Below, piece after piece: positions 10,008 to 18,258 of a stretch of DNA of 64,000 nucleotides. The notes beneath the pieces were generated by a model, which was given only the letters and a program-made list of their open reading frames with translations, made no database searches and was not told where the DNA came from. Numbering within the stretch: the stretch's first letter is position 1; the number at the start of each line of letters is the position of its first letter. Location of the stretch: positions 352,001 through 416,000 of the forward strand of contig CAVVTZ010000007.1 of the NCBI GenBank assembly GCA_963751275.1. The letters are read 5' to 3'. Made by a program: the position numbers and the translations under genes. The stretch comes from an uncultured Gemmatimonadaceae bacterium (GTDB taxonomy: Bacteria > Gemmatimonadota > Gemmatimonadetes > Gemmatimonadales > Gemmatimonadaceae).

Positions 10008-13000
10008 TCAATGGAAGTCGTGCCCGCGCCATCCCTCCAGCGACACGCCGGGCTTCAGCTCGCGGAAGGTCTCGCCGCGCAGGTTCACCACGCCTTGCTC
10101 CACCTGCAGCGTGCCGCGCACGAGGATGAGCGGCGCGCGCGAGATCGATCAGCGCCTGCCGCTCGAACCGCTTGGGCGTGACGACGACATTCACCAGTCC
10201 CGTCTCATCCTCCAGCGTGAGGAAGACGAATCCCTTCGCGGTGCCCGGCCGCTGGCGGCAGATGACGAGCCCGGCCGTCCCCACTCCGCGCGTGGCATCG
10301 GGGAGCGCGAGCACTTCGCGCGCGCTCAGCACGCCGTTCTCGCGGAGCAGCGCGCGCAAATGCGCCAGCGGATGCCCGTTCAGCGAGAGCCCGGTCATGC
10401 GATAATCGGCGGCCGTGATCTCGGCGTCGCTCATCGCCGCCACCGGCGGCGGCACGTCGAGCGAATAGCGGCCCGGCGCGAGCGGCCCCGCATCGCCGCG
10501 CTCGGCCTCGAGCATCCGCCAGAGTGCCGCACGCCGCCGCCGCGCGTTCGGTTCATCCGGCACGAAACAGTCGAGGGCGCCGCTCTCCGCCAGCGAGCGG
10601 AGCGCGCCGCGGTCCAGACCCGAGCGTCCGAGCAGATCGCCAATGGAGAGAAATGGACCGCCGGCTTCTATCGCCCCTCTTAATCGTTCGCGCGCGCGGC
10701 TGCCGAGGCCCCTGACGAGGTGCACGCCCAAGCGGACCGATGGAACTCGGGAGTCGGGAGTCGGGAATCGGGGAGGAATAACAACATTTGTTTTCATACC
10801 TTCCCGACTCCCGACTCCCGACTCCCGAACGGCGTTCTCAAGCTTTGTCTCAAACCCCGACACGGTAGCGTCCACCGGCAAGACCTCCACGCCATGCCGC
10901 CGTGCGTCCTCGATCAGCGTGCCCACCGAGTAGAACCCCATCGGCTGCGCGTTCAGGATCGCCGCGGTGTACTCCGGCGCGTAGTAGTGCTTGAGATACG
11001 CGCTCGCGTACACGAGCAGCGCGAAGCTCGCGGCGTGCGATTCGGGGAATCCGTAATCCGCGAAGGCGTTGATCTGGTTGAAGATCCGGAGCGCGACATC
11101 CGGGGCGATGCCGTTGCGCTGCATGCCGTCGAGCATCTTCCGCGCGATCGCCTCCATCCGCTCGTGGCTGCGCTTGTGCCCCATCGCGCGGCGCAGCACG
11201 TCCGCCTCGCTCGCGGTGAAGCCCGCCGCGGTGATCGCCACCTGCATCCCCTGCTCCTGGAAGAGCGGCACGCCGAGCGTGCGCTTGAGAATGGGCTCGA
11301 GCGACGGATGCGGATACGTCACCGGTTCCACGCCCGCGCGCCGCCGGAGATACGGATGCACCATCTCGCCCCTGGATCGGCCCGGGACGGATCAGCGCTA
11401 CCTCCACCACGAGATCGTAGAAGCAGCGCGGCTTGAGCCGCGGCAGCGTGTTCATCTGCGCGCGGCTCTCCACCTGGAAGATCCCCACGGTGTCGGCTTT
11501 CCCGAGATCGTCGTACACCGCCTGGTCGGTGCAGTCGAGGTCCGAGAGTTCGAGCGTCACGCCGCGCGTGCGGCGGATGTACAGCAGGCAATCCTGGATC
11601 AGCGTGAGCATCCCGAGCCCGAGCAGGTCGATCTTCACGAGCCCCATCGTCGCGGTGTCGTCCTTCTCCCACTGGATGACGGTGCGGTCCGCCATCGACG
11701 CCGGCTCGATCGGCACGATGGTGCCGAGCGGCTCCTCGGTGAGCACGAATCCGCCGACGTGGATGGACCGGTGTCTTGGCACGTGATGCAATCCGCGCAC
11801 GATGGAGGCGACGAGATCAAGGACAGCTTTAGGCGCCAGGTGCTCGGCGTCAGCCGGCGGGACGACGACCGCGGCGAGCGAGGACTCCTCTCTCTCCTTC
11901 GCTTCCATCGCGTTCAATCGCGTCTTCACCTCGGTACCTGTGACGAGATGCCCGCCGATGCGCTCGGCTTCCGCGCGCTGTGTCGTGCCTAGCGCCTGCT
12001 CCTCCAGCCCCTCCGCCGTCGCCTTCGCGCTGAACCGGTCCGCGGTGAGCGCCAGTTCATCCGCCTGCTCGACCGAGAGTCCCAGCACGCGGCACGCATC
12101 GCGGATCGCCGAGCGCCCGCGGTAGCTGATCTGCTCGCACACCATCGCGGCGTGATCGCGGCCGTAGCGCGCGTACACGTACTGCAGCACCTGCTCGCGG
12201 TCGCGGTGCGCGAAGTCGATGTCGATGTCGGGCGCTTCCTGCCGCTCCTCGCTCAAGAACCGCTCGAAGAGCAATCCCAGGCGGATCGGGTCCACCGCGG
12301 TGATGCCGAGGCAGAAGCACACCGCGGAATTCGCCGCCGAGCCGCGCCCTTGGCAGAGCACGCCGGCGCGGCGCGAGAAGCGCACGATGTCCCACACGAT
12401 CAGGAAATATCCGGCGAGGCCGAGCTTGCCGATGATCGCGAGTTCGTGCGCGAGCTGGCGGTCGTGCGCCGGCGTGCGCGCGCGTCCCCAACGTTCATGC
12501 GCGCCCTGCTCCACGAGCCGCGCGAGGTATTCGTCGGCGTCCACCGCCGGCGGCAGCGGGAATTTCGGGAGCGTGGGCGTGAGCTGGTCCATGCGCCACG
12601 CGCAGCGCTCCGCGATCGCGCGCGTGGCGCGCACGCCCTCGGGGCGCTGCTGCCAACGCCGCGCGATCTGCGACGGCGCCTTGAGGTACCACTCGCCGTT
12701 GGGGCGCGCGCGCGTGCCCATCTCGGCCAGCGTGCGCTGGTGGCGCAGCGCGCTGAGCACGTCGTGCACGATGCGCGCGGCGGGATCGGCGTAGTGCACG
12801 TCGTTCGTGACCACCCACGGGATCGACAGCGCGCGCGCGATGTCGATGAGCGGCCCGATGAGCGCGCGTTCTTCCTCGAGCCCGTGGTCCCAGCATTCGA
12901 TGGCCACGCGGCCGCCGAAGATGTCCACGAGCGTGGCGGCGGCCTCGCACGCTTCATGCTCGCGCCCGCGCGCGACGAGCCGCGGCACCCAGCCGCGCGC

Positions 13001-13391
13001 GCAGCCGGTGAGCGCGAACAATCCGCGCGCGTGCTGCGCGAGCACATCGAGCGGCACCGCCGGCTTCCCGCGCGATCGCTCCATGCGGGCTTTGGTGATG
13101 AGCATGGAGAGATTGCCGTAGCCTTCGCGGTCCTCGGCGAGCAAGACCGAGATGCGTGGCGCCCGGCACCTCCACCGTGAGTTCGGCGCCCACGATGCCG
13201 TCGATCCCCGCTTCCGCCGCCGCCTGCGCGAACGCGACGATCCCGCCGAGCTCGTCGTGGTCGGTGAGCGCGAGCGCGCGGTAGCCGAGCGTCTGCGCGC
13301 GCGCGACGAGCGTTTCGGGGGGCGACGCACCGTCGAGCAGCGAGAACGCGGAGTGGCAGTGGAGTTCGACGTAGTCGCTCAGTCGTACCAC
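10008..13391 (-). CDS. dnaE2: Error-prone DNA polymerase DnaE2 (ImuC); frameshifts near 13160, 11368 and 10145; start uncertain (13382-13391)
   Basis: PHP domain ELHCHSAFSLLDG, GRGSAANS, PDIDID, YGFPESHA, NAQPMGFY, RQRPGTAKG, C-terminal GHDFH (SRDFH-type DnaE2 signature). Confidence 0.95.
10747..10828. repeat. Heptamer-armed palindromic element (TCGGGAG)n..(TCCCGAC)n inside dnaE2
   Basis: Four TCGGGAG-type units at 10747-10774, AT-rich core, four TCCCGAC units at 10802-10828. Confidence 0.85.
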
Positions 13392-15013
13392 CCCTGCACG
13401 AACCACTTTCCCCCTTCGGCGTACATGAGCAGCTCGCCGCGCGCGGACGCGCCGCGCCAGTAATCGCGCCGGTACGGATCGCTCCACCAGTCGCCGCTCA
13501 GCCGCTCGGGCCCCGCCGCGCTCGTGAGCGCAATGCGTTCTCCGCGCCACCACACGCCGCACGGCCGCCCATCGCCGAACTCCACATCGATCTCCTCGGG
13601 TACCTCGAGCAGCCGCAGCGCGGGGGCATCATCGCCGTACGCCGCATTCGTGGCCGGCTCGCGCACCGCCGCGGCACGCGGCGCGAGACTCTGTTCCTCC
13701 GTCCATCCGCCCGCGCGCTCGGGCGCGTGCGCGTCGCGCTCCACCGGCCGCACGACGGTGTCCGGCCCGAGCTCCGCGCGCAGCCGCGCAAGCGCGGCAT
13801 CGGCCGCCGCGGGATCGTGCCATCGCTGCACGAGCAGGTCGCCCTGCGCCGCGGACGCCGGCGCGGTGGCCGCCACGGCGACGGTGACGCCGCACACCGC
13901 GGCATCGAGCGGCCAGCGCGCGAGCAGCGCGCGGCAGTGGTCGAACAGCGGCGCCGCGCGCGCGACGGCGCGCGGGAAGCGCACTTCGCGGGTGACGGTG
14001 TGCACCGCCGCACCGGCGATACGCAAGGGCATCGCGCCGCGCGCATCGTCCAGCGAGAGGGTGATCGCGAGCGCGGCGGCGGCGCGCCCCTCGCGCGCGA
14101 GCGCCGGCGCGAGCCGCTCGAGCGCGGCGCGCACCAGGAACAGGATGGGCTCCATCGTCTCCGCGGGCGACGCGAGCTCCGCGCTCACCGCGTGGCGCGC
14201 GGCCGGCACGGCGAGCACGGGGCGGCGCGCATCCTCGCCGCGCGCGAAGCGCCACGCCGCCAGGCCGGCCGCGCCCCACCGGCGCTCGACATCCTCCGCC
14301 GACAGGCCGGCGAGCGCGCCCGCGGTGCGGATCCCGAGCGCGCCGAGCGCGGCGCGCATCTCGCTCTCCACCGGGATGAGCGCGAGCGGGGCGGGGGCGA
14401 GGTACGCCGCGTCGCCGCCGGCGGGCACGATGTGCGCGGCGGTGCCGCGCGTGCTCCACGTCGCGGCGCGGGCCGTCACGCATGAGTCCGCGATCGCGAC
14501 GCGCGCGCGCGGGTGCCAGGCGCGCGCGAGCGCGAGCAGGTCGCGCGCGAGCGGCTGCTCGTCCAGCCCGCCCGCGCCGATCCACCAGAGCCCGGGCTCG
14601 CCCGCGGCCGGTGTCACCTGCGGACTCGCGGTGAGGAAGCGCGCGGTGGTCTCGGTGAGCGCGCGCGCGATCGCGGGCGCGTCCCAGTCGATCACGTCGA
14701 GCCCCGCGCACCGCCCGCGCGCGGCCGGCACGGTCATCCCCATGCGCACGCCCGCGCGCGCGGCGGCGCCGGACACCGCGCGGAGCCGCGTCCCCTCCAC
14801 CAGCGCCACCGGCTGCTCATCCCACGGCGGCGGGAACGTGCGGCGTTCGTTTTCGCGCGTGCCGGACGGGAGCGGCGTGGGCGGCGACAGCGCCAGCGCG
14901 AACTGCGGCGGCGCTTTCGCCTCCGCGTTCGTCCGCCGCTCGCGGTCGCGCCACACCGCGGCGATCGGGAACCTCGGGATGCGCACACACGCGATGCGCC
15001 AGAGTGCGCTCAT
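13379..15013 (-). CDS. imuB: ImuB, catalytically inactive Y-family polymerase
   Basis: AARAGVRMGMTV..AR, YLAPAPL, LGIRT, clamp-like motif QGDLL, GPERLSGDWW..RDYW, W...GWYD terminus. Confidence 0.9.
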   Translation of the reverse strand: MSALWRIACVRIPRFPIAAVWRDRERRTNAEAKAPPQFALALSPPTPLPSGTRENERRTFPPPWDEQPVALVEGTRLRAVSGAAARAGVRMGMTVPAARGRCAGLDVIDWDAPAIARALTETTARFLTASPQVTPAAGEPGLWWIGAGGLDEQPLARDLLALARAWHPRARVAIADSCVTARAATWSTRGTAAHIVPAGGDAAYLAPAPLALIPVESEMRAALGALGIRTAGALAGLSAEDVERRWGAAGLAAWRFARGEDARRPVLAVPAARHAVSAELASPAETMEPILFLVRAALERLAPALAREGRAAAALAITLSLDDARGAMPLRIAGAAVHTVTREVRFPRAVARAAPLFDHCRALLARWPLDAAVCGVTVAVAATAPASAAQGDLLVQRWHDPAAADAALARLRAELGPDTVVRPVERDAHAPERAGGWTEEQSLAPRAAAVREPATNAAYGDDAPALRLLEVPEEIDVEFGDGRPCGVWWRGERIALTSAAGPERLSGDWWSDPYRRDYWRGASARGELLMYAEGGKWFVQGWYD

Positions 15014-15680
15014 GCTCCACCTCCACCGTTGTCCGGCGTCCGCCCTTCTCGACCGTGATGCGATCCACCCGTTTCGACCGCGCGACGCGCAGCCGCAGCG
15101 CGCCGCCGAGCGCGGCCGCCGCGGCGTCATCATCCGCGGCCACCACGAACGCACTCCCGCCATCGCGCGCGAGCCGCGCGAGCCGCACCGCCACCGCACT
15201 CGTGAGCGGCGGCGCGCCATCCAGCACCACCAGCGCGAACGCTCCCGAGCGGAGCAGCAGTTCCGCGCACCACGCGGCGCGCGGCCGCCCGCGCGGCGGG
15301 CGGACCATCCAGAGCGCCGGCGAACTGCCGGCCCCGCCGTGCTCTGCGCGCGCGGCCGCCGCCCAGTCGCGCGGCGCCAGCGTGCGCGCGGCATCCACGT
15401 ACGCCACCCAGAGCCCGCGCGCGATCGTCGCGCGCACCAGCTGCCGCAGCAGCGTCGTCTTCCCGGCGCCGCGCGCCCCCAGCAGTTCGGTGAGCCGCCC
15501 GCACGGGATGCCGCCGCGCGTGAGCGCCGCGTCCAGCGCCGCGACGCCCGTCGCCAGCGCGCGCACTTCGGCGTGCGGCGCCTCCGTGACCGCGGCCAAC
15601 CGCTGGCGCAGCGCGGCCAGCGAGGCCGGCCGCGCCGCCTCCGTCACGCGCTCGACGCGCGCCACCGCCGCCGCCGTCAT
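14817..15680 (-). CDS. imuA: ImuA, RecA-like protein
   Basis: TGVAALDAAL..GGIP.GRLTEL.GARGAGKT, AYVD, ELLLRSGAFALVVLD. ATGA overlap with the upstream radical SAM gene. Confidence 0.85.
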   Translation of the reverse strand: MTAAAVARVERVTEAARPASLAALRQRLAAVTEAPHAEVRALATGVAALDAALTRGGIPCGRLTELLGARGAGKTTLLRQLVRATIARGLWVAYVDAARTLAPRDWAAAARAEHGGAGSSPALWMVRPPRGRPRAAWCAELLLRSGAFALVVLDGAPPLTSAVAVRLARLARDGGSAFVVAADDDAAAAALGGALRLRVARSKRVDRITVEKGGRRTTVEVEHERTLAHRVCAHPEVPDRRGVARPRAADERGGESAAAVRAGAVAAHAAPVRHARKRTPHVPAAVG

Positions 15681-16759
15681 AGGGGGAACGCGAGCTGCGG
15701 ATCGGGCGCCGCCGGCGCGTCGTCCTCGACTTCGTCTTCCGCGCGCTCGCTCGCGCTGAGCCCGTACTTCCGGCAGAGCCCGTGCACGTAGCGCGAGAGC
15801 CCCTCGCGGTAGCGCGTGCTGACATCCGTGCTGTGCGCGTACGCCGCCTCGTAGCGCGCGGCGAGATGCGGGAACTCCTCCGCGATGAACGGGAGGTACC
15901 GCTTCCGCGCCTCGTGCTGCAGCCGCAGCGCGCACACGCCCACGCGCTGCACGCCGGCATCCGCCGCCGCGCGCACGAGATCGTCGAGCATGTCCGGGCC
16001 GTCGGTGATCCCCGGCAGCACCGGCATGATGTTCACGCCCGCGTCCACGCCCGCTTCATTCAGCCGGCGCAGCGCGCGCAGCCGCGCGTCCGGCGTGGGC
16101 GCGCGCGGCTCGAGCCGGCGCGCGAGCGCACGGTTCAGCGTGATCAGCGAGATCCGCACCGAGAGCGACGACCGCCGCGCGATGCGCGCGAGCAGGTCCA
16201 CGTCGCGCGTCACCAGCGGGCTCTTCGTGATGATCCCGATGCGCAGCCCCGGATGCGACGCGAGCACCTCCAGGATGCCGCGCGTCACCCGGTAGCGGCG
16301 CTCGGCGGGCTGGTACGGATCCGTCGCCGTGCCGATGAGGATCATCTCCCCCTTGAGCAGCGAGAGATGCCGGTCGCTCCCCTGGCGCAGCGCGCGCGCG
16401 AGCACGGTGGGCGCGTTGCGCTTCACCACGATGTGGCGCTCGAAGGCGAGCCACGGCGGCAGGTCCGCGATCGATGCGGCTGACTGCTCCGGCAGCGTGC
16501 CCGCGGTGACCGCGCGCTCCATCACGTAGCGGTGCGCGTAGCGCGCGTAGCAGTACGCGCAGCCGAAGGCGCAGCCGGTGTACGGATTCACCGACCAGTA
16601 CGCCATGCCGGTCATGCGCGTGTCGTTGAGGACGCTCGCGGCGACGGAGTCGTAGTACGTGATGTCGCGCTGCTGGCCGAGCACGTCGAGACTGCCGCGC
16701 ATCGGCCATCGACCATCGGTCATCGGGAACTGCGGTTCGGAGCGGGAGGCTTTGGACAT
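15677..16759 (-). CDS. SplB-like/Rv2578c-family DNA-repair radical SAM protein
   Basis: NPYTGCAFGCAYCYAR (CxxxCxxC), GTATDPYQPAE, ITKSPLVTRD, EPRAPTP, PVLPGITD, C-terminal QLAF. Confidence 0.9.
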   Translation of the reverse strand: MSKASRSEPQFPMTDGRWPMRGSLDVLGQQRDITYYDSVAASVLNDTRMTGMAYWSVNPYTGCAFGCAYCYARYAHRYVMERAVTAGTLPEQSAASIADLPPWLAFERHIVVKRNAPTVLARALRQGSDRHLSLLKGEMILIGTATDPYQPAERRYRVTRGILEVLASHPGLRIGIITKSPLVTRDVDLLARIARRSSLSVRISLITLNRALARRLEPRAPTPDARLRALRRLNEAGVDAGVNIMPVLPGITDGPDMLDDLVRAAADAGVQRVGVCALRLQHEARKRYLPFIAEEFPHLAARYEAAYAHSTDVSTRYREGLSRYVHGLCRKYGLSASERAEDEVEDDAPAAPDPQLAFPL

Positions 16760-16885
16760 TGCGGGACTCGGTGATTCAGCGGGGGGTGGAGATGATGCCG
16801 AATAAACACCGAAATAGCAAGACGCAACGTAAAACGTTCAATCCATTGTCGTTACATCGATGACGGGTGGCCGATGGCTGATCGC
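16700..16885. repeat. Inverted heptamer arms (CATCGRN)4 .. (CGATGRC-like)4 bracketing the cassette promoter
   Basis: CATCGGC CATCGAC CATCGGT CATCGGG at 16700-16727; CGATGAC GGGTGGC CGATGGC TGATCGC at 16858-16885. Confidence 0.55.
16792..16820 (-). promoter_or_regulatory. Sigma70-like promoter of the mutagenesis cassette with TTCGG-N6-TTCGG direct repeat in the spacer (candidate SOS operator)
   Basis: Minus strand reads TTGCTA-tttcggtgtttattcgg (17 bp)-CATCAT, about 30 bp upstream of the ATG. Confidence 0.6.
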
Positions 16886-16963
16886 CCAGCCGGCCGGCGT
16901 TGACTGGGAAACCGGCAACGGTAACGTGGAACGTCTCGTGGAACCCTCAGCGATGGAGGCTCT

Positions 16964-17571
16964 GTGGACTCGAAGAACTTGCGGATGATCGCGCTGGTGG
17001 CCGTCGTCGCGGTGCTCGGCGTGTTCGTGTACCGGGGCATGGGCGCACGGAACAACGTCCCTGGGAAGAACCACGTTGCGCTGCAGCTCCAGTGCACCGT
17101 GCCGTCCGCGTTCAACAGCGCGATGGGGCACACGCAGTCGCTGCACGACAAGGCGGGCGCCGTTGCGGTGCAGCTCGCGAGCATCGCGCCCAACGGCGCG
17201 CTCGCCAAATGGACGGCGCCGCAGGATTTCGATCCGGGGGATCACGGCCAGTTGGTCGCGTTCATCTGCGCCACCGAGCCGTACCCGAAGCTCGACCTCG
17301 CGGGCGGGAGCGCCGGCAACGAACTCTGGCTGCGCCACACGGGGAAGGGCGATACGCCCGCCGACTGGCAGGCGTACCTCCATCCACGTGGGCAGCACCA
17401 CCTATCCAGCAGCTCACCGTCTTCCGGCGCGACACGAGCGACGACGCGAAGCTGCATCCACCCGGCCACGCACAATGGGTGGACGGCGATGAGAACATCT
17501 GGGTGAGCTGCGGACGCGGCTGCTGCTACGTCACCGGCGGCGGCGGCCCCGACACCACGAAGACCACGTAG
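16964..17571 (+). CDS. Membrane-anchored/secreted hypothetical protein with C-terminal DExIWVxCGRxCC motif; frameshift near 17395
   Basis: GGAGG RBS, N-terminal TM helix, YPKL motif; C-terminus lies in ORF 16900..17571; paralogous to the convergent neighbour. Confidence 0.75.
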
Positions 17572-17575
17572 CGCG

Positions 17576-18220
17576 CTAGAGCGCCACGGGCGCGACCCAG
17601 CAGCAGCGGCGGCCGCACGCGACCCAGATCGTCTCGTCCTTGTCGGACCAGATCCAGCGCGCGGTCGCGAGCGGATAGTCGGACTCATCCTCGTGCGTCG
17701 TGGCGTGCACGGCGAGACGGGTGACCGGCGAGCCGTCGAGCGGCACCATCACGGCGGTCCCGACCTCGGCGCCTTCGGGCACGGACACGATCAGGATGTT
17801 CTTGCCGGCGCGCAGTCCGAGCTTGGGATACGCGGAGTCGATCGCGATGACCGCGAGCGGCAGGCCATGCGCGAGATCCTTGTCCGTCGCGGCGGTGATC
17901 GACGACATGCCGTAGTACCCGCGCAGCGGCGTGATCGTGGCCTTGGGTCCGTACGCCAACCGCCCGCTCGAATCCATCACCGCGAGGCGCTGCTCGTCGC
18001 CGGTGCCGTGGCGCGTGTCGGCGTTGCCGGACACGGCGTGCGCGCACGCGCTGAGCGCGGACGCCTCGGCGGTCTTGAGGTCGGGCGTCACGCGGCACGG
18101 TTCGCCCGGATCGCCGCCAATGTAGTGGGCGCAGCCGGCCGCGGAGAGCGCGACGGCCACGAACTGGAGCGCGGTGCGGGCGCGGCGGGCGGGCGATGCG
18201 GACGCGATTGGGGAGCGCAT
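17576..18220 (-). CDS. Lipoprotein with C-terminal DExIWVxCGRxCC motif
   Basis: Arg-rich leader + LSAAGC lipobox; YPKLGL; ARWIWSDKDETIWVACGRRCCWV. Confidence 0.75.
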   Translation of the reverse strand: MRSPIASASPARRARTALQFVAVALSAAGCAHYIGGDPGEPCRVTPDLKTAEASALSACAHAVSGNADTRHGTGDEQRLAVMDSSGRLAYGPKATITPLRGYYGMSSITAATDKDLAHGLPLAVIAIDSAYPKLGLRAGKNILIVSVPEGAEVGTAVMVPLDGSPVTRLAVHATTHEDESDYPLATARWIWSDKDETIWVACGRRCCWVAPVAL

Positions 18221-18258
18221 GGCGGTGGCCTCGGGATGGAGTGCGATGAGCGGAGCGG

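Noticed and set aside
11820..12010. Intein in DnaE2
   Set aside because: Too short, and lacks the N-terminal Cys/Ser and C-terminal His-Asn splice motifs.
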